From positions 124,001 to 188,000 of the forward strand of contig CT868307.1 of assembly GCA_000165425.1 (NCBI GenBank): a DNA stretch of 64,000 nucleotides. Direction: 5' to 3'. The position numbers and the translations under genes are program-made. The stretch is from Paramecium tetraurelia. Taxonomy: Eukaryota. Positions within the stretch are counted from its first letter, which is position 1. Each line of letters begins with the position of its first letter. The notes under the pieces were generated by a model, which saw nothing but the letters and a program-made list of their open reading frames with translations, was not told the DNA's origin and did no database searches. Shown here in pieces: positions 1-13,381 of the stretch.

Positions 1-548
1 TGTTAGTAAGAGTATTTCTCAATTACCCTCCCACATACAAGTGCCATAAGGAGCAGGCAGTAATCTTCTAAAATATTTATAAGAAACACTTTATAGATGG
101 GGAGATATCCACCTCGATCATTCGTAAGATATAGCCAACTTAAGGGCTAAAATAATTAATGATCCAACAATTGTAGGAGTAGTTGGATTCTCTCACGGAA
201 CATTATTGGTGACAGAATTAGGATAATTAGCTCATACTGATTAAGAATTGAAGAAGAGACTTAAATTTTTTATGGCATTTTCTTGTCATGGTATTAAAGC
301 TAAGAAAGAGATTTATTCCTAAAAAAGGTTAATCACTATTCCAACAATTTAATCTTTGGGAACGAGAGATCCCCTTGAATTGGAGTCACTAATATAATCT
401 AGTGAGTTTTTAAATCCTGTAATCATCTATACTGATTCGAGTAAATGTTAATTTTATAACAGCTCATAGAGTTCCGATTTTTTCATTCGAGTAACTTAAG
501 AAAATTTAGAAATTTGTTTAATCAGCCTTAGAATAACCTAAATTATGA
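1..548 (+). CDS. FSH1/OVCA2-family serine hydrolase (5' truncated by window)
   Basis: Code-6 frame from nt 2: ...IVGVVGFSHGTLL (nucleophile elbow)...IPTIQSLGTRDP (Asp)...THRVP (His) after 22-nt intron 441-462; ends QPKL-TGA at 546-548. Confidence 0.8.
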
Positions 549-563
549 AAATTTATTATTTAA

Positions 564-1401
564 TCAAACAAAATTTTCTAGACTCTCAGGAATATCATTT
601 AGTCTAATCCCTTATTCTTACAAGAGTCTACTCATTTCAATTTCCACTTTATTCAGAAGATTGAGAATTTCTTAATCACCTTAAGCATTTCTGAGACTTG
701 CAATTTGATCCTCCTCTTCAACTCCAAATTTAGCATAAATCTAATCTTGTATTATTGTGTTGATTATAGTTGGCACCAGTATCACATCTTCTGAGGGCTA
801 TGACTATATTCTGTAAATATACAATTCGATGTAAAATGTCTTTATAATCTTAAGAGAAGTTCCTCAAAATATTTACACTAAATTGAATAATCTCCTTTGT
901 TTATTTTAAATTCAATTTTTTAGTTGATTCAATTTTCTCTTTTAGTTTTTGTTTTACACTTGCCTACAACATATACAATTGCTAAAAATATCCCTGATCC
1001 ATTCTCACAAGCACACTCTCCTCGAATATCTCTTTGGGTACATCTAATTCATATAGTAATCTTTTTAATGCCTAATCTAAGACATCTTCGACATTCATGA
1101 TGAATTAGATAATGCTATCAACATAAAATTCTTGTTTTTATTTTCGTAGTCTCCTTCTCTGAACTCGATTCACCTTGCTCAATTTAACATAGTCCTCTCC
1201 TGCTATTTCTAACTATTTGGCATAGATCTCCACTATGCAATTAGCCTCTAAAAAATGATCTTCATTATATCTAATCTCAATATCTTTGCTAATTTCTAAT
1301 TTTTAATCTATAGATCGATCGTTTGTATCCAAATATTGATCTAAATCATGCTTCCAAAATAATTTCTCTAAGCTTTGTTTCTCTTTAGCGCTCATTTTCA
1401 T
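564..1401 (-). CDS. hypothetical protein
   Basis: ATG at 1401, long code-6 open frame MKMSAKEKQSLEKLFWKHD..., probable small intron near 805-825, ends ...ESLENFV-TGA at 564. Confidence 0.65.
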
Positions 1402-2238
1402 GTAATAGGCGCTATGAAATATTCAATAAACGCTTACCAAAAGCCTACTATTCCTAATGAGGATAATAAGACTACTTTATTTTTAGATATTGCTTATCCC
1501 ATAATTAATTATATTATAATTTTGAATTATTATCATGTAATGGTTTTTAGAGAATTATTTGAAGCATATTATTCATACTTAGATATATTGAAGATATGGA
1601 TATCAGCAATAAGTAATTACCATGGAAAATTACTTTTTTATAAAAGGAATTTAAACCATAATAAATTATCTTTTAATGTTTATCTGCAAAAGTGATTTTC
1701 TAATGATCTGAAACTCTAGAACTATTAGAACTCTATGCTTTAGTAATATTATTCTGAGGTAAATTATGTATTCACTTGTAGAATTATATTAATAAACAAA
1801 AATTCTATTAATATTGTAGATAAAAATCAAATCCTAAATAATAATAATTAGGTTCTATTTTCATAATCCAGTTCGAATTCATTTTACTCTATACAAATAA
1901 CACCTAAATATTGTTATATAATTATTTTAGTAATAGATTATTTGTTTGTACGCTCATTATTTATTAATATCTATAAAGGTTGTGTTCCTACTATCATCTA
2001 ATTTATCCTGATTTAAATATTGATGAATCCTACTACAAATACTTAACTCATATCTTTGAGAATCCCAAAATAGAAAATGTTATAAGTCTACTTCACCATT
2101 CAAGGAGAAGTGATACGATTTTCATATATATTGATCTAATTAAGTTCTATAAGAACAATTTAATCGCAAATTATTAAATACATTTTGAGGACAAGTCAAT
2201 GCTATTTTATTTTCTAATAATTATTCATTTATATTTTA

Positions 2239-3903
2239 ATGTTTAATACGTAATTGCAATTGAAGAGGGAACAATTTGTTATTCAGATTAGAAAATAGGC
2301 ACGAGAAGAGATCTTTTCAAGAAAGAGACACACAGATTTGAATAGTGATTTAAATGGAGTTTTGAAGTGTTAGCCAGATGAATTGATTCTCTAAATTTAT
2401 AAAAGTTTTATGCTCAAAGACTTTTAAACTCTCAAGAATTTACTTTATAGGTACAATGAGCAATTCCTAATAATGATCGTAAGAAAGTAATAAGCTGATG
2501 AAGTGTCAATGAATCAATATATAAATCATTTTAGCAATAATTAAGAAACTACTCAACTATTCATGCAAATAATGCGTATGTCTGATGTTTCATAGGAAAG
2601 CAATATAGAGGAGATAAGGATGCTATGTATAAATCAAGTTCTTGTTATATTGGTCAATATTACCTATGTGGATGCGCCATAAATTATTAATAATCTATTG
2701 AACCATGATTTATTAGACATCCTTTTGAATGATATATTGGGTCGAATGAATACTAAGCAAAAGTTAGCAATTAATTATGATGTTTGGTAATCGATAATTG
2801 ATAGTGTAATAATATTACTTACTTGCAGCTCTGTTAACTATTTATTAATTTGTTGCTTGATTTGAAAGATTAAAGAGGAGTCTAATTGAAAATTGAAATA
2901 ATGAAATCCCCCTTCTTTAAAATCTGGCAATACATCTATAAAGAGTTCCCACCATAACAACTTTGGAGTTCAATGCTATTCTTATAACAAATGCTATTTT
3001 TGAAGCCAGTAATTCCAGACACAGAAATAGTATCATCGAATGTATACGCTATTATTTAATATCCATATAGTTGTAGAGAATTCTTAAGTAGTGTGGTTAT
3101 GTAATAAAGGAACTCTCGGAATAAGATCAATTATACGAAACTGCATTGCTATTAATTAATTACTGTTCTGAGTATTAGCTTGAGACCACGATAGTTTTAA
3201 CTAAGCATATTTGGGTGAAAATGATATTAATCAATAAATTGCCTTTGCTGATGTATGGTTTATTTATCAACTTCACTTCTATGAATTACGACGAGGATTC
3301 TCCAATTTCTGATTTTAGTGCAGAAAAGCATTTGATGGATATAGGTTTATTGAATAACATGTTATTTTGGTTATAAAACACACCAGAAGAGCAATTAATA
3401 ATAAAGATATACAAATGTTTGAATAACATTCTAACTTTTTAATATCAACATCTGGCTAGTGTGGTAATTTATCATTTCTTACCCTTTCTTGATCTCTACT
3501 TTGAAGGGTCGAATCATTTCTCTGAAGAAATGGTGGCTGAATATCTGATCCTACTCAAAAACCTGATTAAATTTTAGAAATTGAATGAAGCAAATCTAAC
3601 TTAAGTGTTGGAGGAATAAAATGTTATGAAGTAAATAAGAGAAATGTAAACAATTTGTAATTAATCATTAGATTACTATAGGGTTGCTTTAAGGCATGCT
3701 ATATTTTGGATTTGTTTGATGCTTTTGATCTTTTATCAATTGAGTTCAAATACTTGGTGCTAGACAAAATTGTCAAGTATCAAGTGATTGAGATTCTCAA
3801 TATGTTACTAGCCAAAGATTAAATCAGCGATGATTTTATTGATACTGTGATGGAATAGATAGCTAAATGGGAGTCAGAAACTAATGAGTTAAATTATTCG
3901 TGA
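2239..3903 (+). CDS. divergent importin-alpha-like protein (IBB-like N-terminus + ARM-like helices)
   Basis: MFNTQLQLKREQFVIQIRKQAREEIFSRKRH resembles the importin-beta-binding motif; ARM-like segments ILVNITY and LFINLLLD; tiny introns (e.g. gtaataatattacttacttgcag near 2806); TGA at 3901. Confidence 0.6.
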
Positions 3904-3977
3904 ATTAATCATTTATTAATTTAATGCTTAACTAACCATTTAAACCTAGCAATAAGGTTGTATCACTACATGCTATT

Positions 3978-5066
3978 ATGAGTAATATTAAGAGACAGAA
4001 TAAACAAAAGACTAGATCCATCAGTTACCATTCAAATCACATCAAATCTGAGGGGCAATCTATTCAGTTAAGAGATGATGATTCGAAAAAATTCAATGAT
4101 CAGATTAAACAGAAGGATGAACTCATTAATTAATTGTAATCATAACAACAATCATTTCGCAAATAACTCAACGAAATATTCGAAGTCAACCATGATAATG
4201 ATGAATCACTCATTTTGCACATATATTCATCTATCATACAATTCAAAAAAGAAAAAAGTCAATATCTGTAATAAGATGAAATTAATAGCAAAGTCATCCT
4301 CCATTACAAATAGCTATTGTAATGTAAATCTGATTCTTTTATTTAGAAAGCACTGATATCATCGCAAATTAAGAGGAATAACTATCAAATTAATAACAAT
4401 TATTAATGACCTTAACTAACTAAATTAAAGAAAATGAATTATTATAGCATTTGAATACCTCCTAATAAGAAGTATGTTATCATCTATATTACTTCAGAAA
4501 CAATACATGTCCAAAATCGAATCTTTATAGAGTTAAATTGACAAATTTAGAAATGCAAGTCTCTTACTCTTGTATCTATAACCACTTTTAGAAGAGAAGA
4601 TTCCTATCCTTATAATAAATTACACTCAGTATGCAAATTGCTATCTTCCAATCCAGAGGAAATTGAGGAAGAAATTCTTCAATTCATTCGCAATACCTTT
4701 CAATTCTATCAAGCTATTGGAAACCAATAAAGTAATTCACATTATAACTTAGTTTATGCTTTTATAAAAAGTTAATTTGATAATGAAAGGGTTTAATTGA
4801 CATTCAATCTAAATTAAATTAATAATGAAGTTATCAAAGTGTTGATAAACAAATTTGATTTAGACAATGATATCGAATAAGAAATGGAACAATTAATTCT
4901 ATTGAAATAAATTAAATCTCATAATAATTAAATATTATAATTCATTGATTAATTGGGCGAGTTTATAATAGTTAAATTATAAAATTATAAAAGAAATGAA
5001 ATATCAAGAATCATGTTGATACAGAATTTAGTTAATTTGAAAAGATAAATAATAAAGAAACTTTGA
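3978..5066 (+). CDS. hypothetical coiled-coil protein
   Basis: ATG 3978 MSNIKRQNKQKTRS..., Q/K/E-rich code-6 frame with small introns (~4319-4346, ~4482-4506, ~4558), TGA ~5064. Confidence 0.55.
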
Positions 5067-8000
5067 TTTTATTTATTAACTTATAATATATATTTCAGGA
5101 TAAAGATCATAAAATCTTCAACTAAAGAATATTTAGTATATCTCCTCTTGATGTTTTTAACCGGCAACATAATTAATTGTTGTTATTGTTTATCATAAAC
5201 TGAATGTATCATAATCATTCATTTTTAATTATTTATAAGACCTTCACAGAATTCTCAATCCGATTGCTAAAATTTATCAAAGAATTGTTCTTTAAGTATT
5301 TAAGATATAGAAGCGTTTTCAAATTTTGTAATTAGAGGCAAATAATCTAAATTGAAAAAGTTTGAATAACCAATTGAATACTAATTTTACGATTTCATAA
5401 AGGTTTTACAAGATAGATGAAAAAATTTTAAGGAATCAATCCTTTCTAGAGAGACATAGTATGCATTGTAAGTTTAAAAATAAAACCAATCTTCATTCAT
5501 ATTATATTTTCTAATCTTATTGATAAATTGACTTTCATTTTTGGAATAAAAATTATAATTATTCTTATATATCAATGTTAGAAATACATTTAAATGCATA
5601 TCAAAACGATTATCAGGATCAATTTATAAATTAATTATTCAAAAATATAAAGCTAATGAAAATGTTAATTTAGAATTTATCAAATTAAAACCAATTTTAA
5701 AAAGAGGTAAACAAATAAGTATTTATTATAGAAATTAGATCACTAAATAAAAATTTCAAAATAGATTATTTTTAACATTTTATATTAAATAAAATCATAT
5801 TCATCCAATATTTAATTCATCAAAAATTTTATTTATTTTGCTATGATAGATGAAGAAATAAACAAAATGGTTGATTGGGTTATATTCATTGTGTTTAATA
5901 CTGTCCAAAAAAGATCTGTAAATAACAATTCTGAAGCAAATTGCGATTGGTTCATATATGAAAAAAATTAATAATAAAGTGCTCAAAAGATTTAAGGTTA
6001 TTTGCATATCCACTTCAGTATTATTTATTTCGCTATTATGAGAAAATATTATACATTGAATTTAAAGCCAAAATTGTAAGGAAAAAATACATAACGGGTA
6101 AGCAAAAATATAATACAACCATTGCTATAGCAATTTTTCCTTCAAACATATAGATTGCTTAAGTTATCTTGGAAATAGCCCTATTTTGCCTCTTAAGAAT
6201 TAATAAAAGAATATTCTAAAATTACTTTAAAACGAGTAACAGGAATATTATTTTATTAATTAATAAATTAAGTGTGACTTTAAATATTCTTAAATCTATA
6301 AATAAGATGTTTTGAATAGGTAATATTGCTGAAAATTAATTAATTGAATAATAATACTGAATTATGCCAAAGAAATACACATAAGAAAAATTTTTTAGAA
6401 CTTTACTTTTTGTCTTATTTATTTTATTTAATTTACCTCAGATGAATAATTGAATAAATTTTGTTATACAAACAGGGTAGTAATTATAAATTATTTTATT
6501 TAAGTTTAAGAAAACTATTATAGTTTTAGTTAATTAATAATGATTTCTGTGTTAATTATTTTAATTAATATAATATACCCATAATAGTAGTGGTTGCTAA
6601 GTAAATTTGATAAAAAAAATATCAGTATTGAAGAAACTCTAATGATAATTTAATTTATTTTTAAATAAAAACTTCTTTCTGAATTGTCAAATTATTAGCG
6701 TTCGATTTCCAAGTCAGTTAATACCAAATTTATCTGATGAAATTTTGAAATGAACTAATCTAACAATTATTAATACAACTAAATAAGGTAAAATATTTTA
6801 ACACAAGCATCTCTTTGTACACCTTATTCCTATATAATACCGATATTAAGCAGGTGAAAGAAATCATCAAGAAAAGGGTTATTTGTTTGATTATTTCATC
6901 TAATGGATTTAATCTCAAAGGCTTAAATTCATATATTAATTAGATTTACAACAGATATCAAATAAAGAGGATTTAATAATCACTTAATGCATTTATTAAG
7001 CAATTACATTTTGAAATTTATTAGAAATAAACTAAAGAAAGAAAAACTATATCTATTAAAGTAGACTAATTCCTCATTCAAAAGCTACTTACCCAATAAA
7101 AAAACTATAATGATAATATCTGCCTTCTAAAGGGATGAGAAAAAGAAAGAGAATCTCCCAAAGTTAGTTTGGTTCAACTAATGGAATAAATGTGAAAAAT
7201 TGAGATATATTATTACAGTAGAACATACGGTTCCAGAACAAGAAGGAAATAATTAATCGAAAATTCGATAAAGAAATTTGAAAATGGAATTAAATTTTAT
7301 TGAAGATTCAAGAATAATTTAATTGAATAATTTATTAATTAAAAATAATAAATAAATCGAATTTTAGAATAGGTAGAACTAAATAATTCATAATGGATAT
7401 CAAAATAATTATAAAAAGTTTAGAACCTTAATCCATTCTTAAAACTTCAAAATAAATTTGAAGAAAACCATAGTACTCTGTGTTTCATTAGGTACTTGAT
7501 GAAAATAGTGATGATAATCGAGAATATCCTAGCGCAAAGTTCATTCGTTTTCAACATTAAACGGAAAGACTATCGCTCTATATTAATCTTTAAGTTATTC
7601 TGCATATTAATAAGCTAATATGGTCTTTCCAAATTTTGGAGGTTAGGTTATTACAACTACATTTTTAATTAGAAAATACATTTTCAATCCCTTTTAATTC
7701 TTTTCTCTAAACAAAATTTCCTTTATAAGAAAAATTTTTATTGAAAAAGCAGGGTATTTTTTAAATATTATATTAAGGATTCTCATTCAAAAAGACTTCA
7801 AAATCTTGCATTCAATCTCGTGCCAGTATTCTTATTTAATCTCCTAACAAAGTAATACAGAAGAGTTATTTCTCACAAGTAGATTGTTATATAAATATTA
7901 TGATAAATTTAAGTTCGATTCAAATGACAGATTGAATTAAATTTTATTTACTTTATTTATTTTATCTCTAAATTCACGCTTAATTTTAAATGTATTCGTT

Positions 8001-8149
8001 AAAAATCTGATTCCTTAATTAAAAACATTTGAAATCAATATTACTATTTATTTCAATTTCTTTAACATAATAAGATGTTCGTCAAAGCTATCAATTTATT
8101 TTGCATTTTGTATTTATTTTGCATAGTAATTAAGTTTATTTATCTAGTA

Positions 8150-9300
8150 ATATCCCTTTATTAATTACTCAAATTCTTCCACATTTGACTCCTCAGGTTG
8201 ATAGTACTTTTTTTTTCATAATATTTCATGAACCTAAAAATATTGATTTAGATCAATCATCCCTTGAAGTAATTCTACCATTCCAATTATAATTCAACAA
8301 CTTGTTATATAACTAGACAACTTAACTCCAATTTTGAAAATGTATTCCAATAAGATATTAGGACACCATATTTTTGTAAATAAAAAAGTATTTCACTCAA
8401 ATTTTTCTGACTTCCTTATTGACAGTTTTAGAGAAAGCATCTTCTGTTGGCCCTCCAGTTCTCGATTAAATGATAGCATATTCAGTTTAAGATGATGTCC
8501 TTTAATAGATTGAATTGCATCTATGGTAAACTAAAACTTTTTAGCAGTTCCTATTTCAGGAAGTTATATCCCATCAATATTTTATTCAGATAATCTATAT
8601 CCAATTCCAATATGTGAATTGATACAATTGACCAATTTTGGAGTGGATAAATAAAATACAATATCAATATATTCTGGATATCAGTTTATCCTTTTCTGCT
8701 ATTTCGATCCATCAGCTACATCATTTCAAAACTGCCTGGTCCATTAAAAGTCACTGCTTTAACATTTGGAAAAGACTAATCCAATTTTTAATGGTAATAA
8801 TAGACACTTAATTCGGCCAACCATCCTAGAGAATGACCACAAGATGATCAAGTTAAGTTTAGGTTCCGAGCTTTCTCCACCTCTTTATAAGTTGACGAAA
8901 ATGCTTATTATTAGTGATTTGTAAAAGTACCTAATACAAATGACATTCTTTCACCTTTGGACATTTAGTTATTTTGAGATATTTGAAAATAAGGAAAATT
9001 AAAAATTAGTGGATCTATTGATAATACTAATTATTTATTATTTTATTATCTAGTAAAAGACTTTAAACTCCTGTCTCAGCATCATCAGATATAATCCATG
9101 AATATAAATATTAATTCAAATCCACATTCTTTTCTTATTTCATAAATTTATAGATTTCAGCTTCTTATTTAAACTATACTGCCTAATTTTTTTATAAAGG
9201 GCATTCTCCTCCTTTATTCACGTTTAGTCTGCACTGAAAAGCTGCTAATAGAAGATGAATAAAGTCATTTATAAAGAACTCTTCAAATTTAATCACATTA
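8150..9300 (-). pseudogene. class-3 lipase-like (alpha/beta hydrolase) pseudogene
   Basis: Fragments KQLVLSI/RSTNF, CGHSLG-WLAELSVYY (8824-8838), VKAVTFNGPG and IVFYLSTPKLVNCINSHIGIGYRL lie in different frames; in-frame TGA at 8848-8850; one residue missing after GHSLG. Confidence 0.7.
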
Positions 9301-9483
9301 TTTGTAATACTATTTTATTTGTAATTTAATAGTATTATCACAATTAAATGAGTATTTTAAATTAAATCTAAATCTTTAACTTCATTCTCAATATCGTATT
9401 CTTTATCATAATATTAGCCGATTAAGAAGGTTGAATTAATAGATTAAATGCATATATTAATAGATAATTAATATAAATGATGT

Positions 9484-11735
9484 TCATTCTAAAATTGGAT
9501 TATTGATTACAGCTGTTTCTAGCCCGTATCCAGTTGCAAACTTTGGATTGTTAATTTTGGGTTGAATATTTGAAACATATTTTGGATAATCTTTAATAGA
9601 GTCTAAAGTAGAAAACCAAGGAGATGGTAACTTATTGTTTTTTTTATCTACTCCTCCAAATGCATATTCTCCAAAAATGGACTGTATAATTGCTTCACCA
9701 CCAGTTGTTCCAGGGAGCCATGCTGCTATAAAACTATCGCTAATGGCTAATGGATCGTCAATTAACATTGGTCTGCCACTGATTAATACGGAAACAACTT
9801 TACTTTTACCTTATAGGATATTGGCAATTATCTATATATTCTAAATATAAATACTTATTTTTCATATGCTCCAGTTTTTATTTCTAATCTTGTAGGTTAT
9901 GATTTTGTTAAATAAACATTATCATGCAGATCATATAAGCAACCTTTCTTGTCTTCACCTTAACAATATGAGCAGTTAATATCACCCATATATTCAGCAT
10001 ATGGATTTTCTGCTAATACATTGATGACTAATGTGTTTGCTGATGAGAATTAATCTTTCATTGTATTTAATTAGTTTCTAAAAGTATTTCTGTCTGTAAG
10101 AATAGTATTCAAATCAGATCGGTCTGTGTATTTTGGATAATGAATTTCTGCATCTTAAAATCTTGCTTTTATGGCATCTAAGATTGATGAAGCTTTTGAT
10201 TTTACTTTCAAATCTCCAGTCCAATAATCATTACCATTGTACCCTTACCATCTAATTGTCCATCCTCCGTTTTAAGCTCCAATATTGTCATAATCTGAAA
10301 ATAATTTATATTCTCCATTTCCAACTGGCACATATCTATCACCCAATAAAATAACATGTTTAATTGTATTTTTGTTAGCAGGAAGTGCATTTGCATCATT
10401 TTTCAACAATACTAATGATTGAAGAGCTGCTTGTAAAGCATCTTAGTATTCTGCTTCTTTATCCTTTACTATTTTCTTATTTTCTTTTAAATCCTACTTG
10501 TTTGAAGTTACTTTTATTAATCCCATTTTTTCTTTGATTTTTAATATTCTTTTAACTGCATCGTCTAATCTTGCTTCATCTATTTTTGGTTTTTGTGGAT
10601 CAACTTCATTAACTAAACCAGTAATCATTGCTTGATAGTCTTCAACCTTGTCAGAAATCATTTACATATCAACTCCTACTTTAAATGACTCAGCATATGC
10701 CTGATTCAATGGCATTTTTTAAGAATTTCTTGGTAAATCTACATTAGCTGTCTTGATAACTGAATTATAATCACTAATAACAAATCCTTCAAATCCTAAT
10801 CCACCATCTTCTGTTGTTGCTTTCAATTTCTCATTAACAAATGGATGAACACTCATAGCCACACCATTGATTGCATCATAACTAACCATTACATTTCCTG
10901 TCTATGCCTCAACAGCTCCTTCATAACCTTTAATATTATCCTCTACAAAAAGATCCATAGACTCAGCATCTACAATGGAATCACCTTCTTCATATCCATT
11001 TATTGTAGCTCCATCTCCTATGAAATGTTTGACTGAAGTTAGAACTCCTGTTATCTCGTCATTTTGAATATTTTAGGCTTCTTCAACGAAAGCTTTGGAG
11101 TATTCTTTTACTTTAGTTGTGTCATCTCCCAAAGTCTCATAGAATCTACCCCATTGTGGATTATGAGATACAGCTACTGTGGGTGAAAATACAAAATTAA
11201 ATCCACTCTCAATGACACTATCTCTCATCCATTTGGCTGAATTTTTAAAGTTTTCCACATTGTTTGAAGCAGCCAGACCAATATTATGAGGAAAGAGAAT
11301 CTCCCCAACAGAATGTTGATTTCCACGGATAGCATCTGTACCAAGTAATGGTTATATTATCACTGTTTCTGTTTCTGTTTCACTAATATCAACTGTGACT
11401 GACACTCCTTAGACTAGTGCCAAGTCTGCAACTTTTTTCCATAATAAATTATCAGCCTTCATGCAAGTTCCTTATGAGGATATATTACCCTCATCATCAG
11501 GACATCCATTACCTCCCACTAATACAGATCCAAGATTCCATTCTTTGATTTTATCATATTATGTTTTTCCTTCAGCATCATTCAAATATATAAAATCGAC
11601 TTATGTTGTTTAACCAATCTTTTATGCTAAAGTCATGCTATTAACTATATCATCGATTGAAGCATTTAATCTCTTGTTCACCTTACCTCCTTTGCACACT
11701 ACTAAAAATATACACAAATAAAATATGAATTTCAT
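9484..11735 (-). CDS. secreted glycoside hydrolase family 3 beta-glucosidase/exo-glucanase
   Basis: Signal peptide MKFIFYLCIFLVVCKG; MTLAQKIGQ, GTDAIRG, FPHNIGL, WGRFYE, KHFIGDG, GFVISDY (nucleophile), LVLLKND, AAWLPGT; one 23-nt intron 9832-9854. Confidence 0.93.
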
Positions 11736-12494
11736 TTATATTAAGATATTTTTAATGCAGATTTAATGATTTTTATATTTAAATAATAATTCTTATAGAA
11801 TTTATTTTATTGTTTCAATATTCTGATATTATTACATATAACATCATAATCATAAATTCTAGCATAAAGGCTTTCTATTTAGTGCATAATTATTAGAACC
11901 TATTTTAAAAATTAATATCAAAGAAAATTGTACATAAGCTGAAATCTTATACTATTCTTAATAATAATGAATTCATTCTATTAAGATAAAATGTAATTTA
12001 ATATTCATTGTATTCAATGCAATCTCATTGATAATCTTCATTTTATCGAATAAAATTACTTAAATTCAATCAATCAAATTTCTTTCTCTTTAAGTTGAAT
12101 TGTATTTATTACTAAAAATATTTGATGGTAGTTGATTGTTTTATGTTGTTATATTTTTGTATTATTTTACATATAATACTTTATTGATTATGAGATTTAC
12201 TGTTTTTAGTGTAATAAACCCATTCACAATTTAAAGATGAATTAAAAGCCTACCTCATATGGATTTCACATTTATGTAACGATTGTGATTATATTTAATT
12301 AGGCAATTAAAATAATTATACAGATATATGCATATACAATTCAATATTCTAAATAATTTTGATAATCTTGTCTTAGCTTTAAAAAATCTTCGAATTCAAT
12401 TTAAGTTTGAATCAATTAATTTTAATTTATTATATAATTTTCTTATTCATTTAATTAATAATCAATTATGAATGGATTGTAGTAATTTTATTTA

Positions 12495-13333
12495 TCATAC
12501 ATAAAATTATACAAATCGCTATCCATGAATTGGTCTATGATAATAGAAAGTGTATATACTAGATTATAGAGTATTATTTAAGAGCAATTTCTTCTTTCTT
12601 CCTGCTCTACTTCTTTGAGACCTTGGCAACCTTTTACCATAATCTCCTCTTAATGCATAAGGATTGAATTTCTAATGATGACTTCTGCATTGACTAGGTG
12701 TTCGAGTGCCTATCAATTCACTCATTTATTTAAATATTTTCGAAGTCTTTTTCATCAAAGATGAGTTCATAATATTCTCATATTGTGATAAGAAATTAAC
12801 ATAAGTTGTATGTTCAAGAGCAGACCAATGTCCTTTATTAATATTCTCCTATTTTTATTTTTTCGTTAATTTTATTGATTTAATCTGTTATTTAGAGTTA
12901 CTTATATGTCCCTCTGTTGTCAAATGAGATTATAATTTAGGAAGAAGAGGTCCCTATGAGAGATCCACAGTTTAATATTATGGCTGTATGATTTATTAAT
13001 TGCTAATAAAATGAATATAAAATGTTTACATCTCCTCTTTCGATCCGATGGGTTTTTCAACTTGATCTTTAGTTTTTGGCAATAATTCCTTCGGCTATTT
13101 GTTTCTATATTTTATATCCATGAAATACTTACTTGATCTTTCTACTCTTGTTCCTCCTATTAAGATCCTCGTTTAGTTCAGAATTAATGGGTGAAGGGGT
13201 GTAATGATATTGAGGGTATATTGCAAAATCATAAGCACTCTAATATAATGGATATTCTATAATAGTTATTGGTTATCAATATACATTCATAGAATTATTG
13301 ATAATCAACAACGGATAATCCTGGATGAATCAT
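12495..13333 (-). CDS. SHAQKY-class single-repeat Myb transcription factor
   Basis: NKGHWSALEHTTYVNFL...MSELIGTRTPSQCRSHHQKF; two small introns; TGA at 12495. Confidence 0.85.
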
Positions 13334-13381
13334 TCACAATATTTATTATTCTCTTCAATTATAAATGTTATTTTTTTAATC

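Noticed and set aside
1375..2230. ORF-track proteins 1375-1695 and 1980-2177 as a gene
   Set aside because: All three plus frames hit TGA within 1693-1711 and no family motif is recognisable; probably decayed sequence, so I cannot support a model
8848..8850. In-frame TGA in the lipase (and at 37750 in the kinase) as selenocysteine, Trp recoding or readthrough
   Set aside because: Accompanied by frameshifts and deletions and not at Cys/Trp positions; simple pseudogenisation explains it
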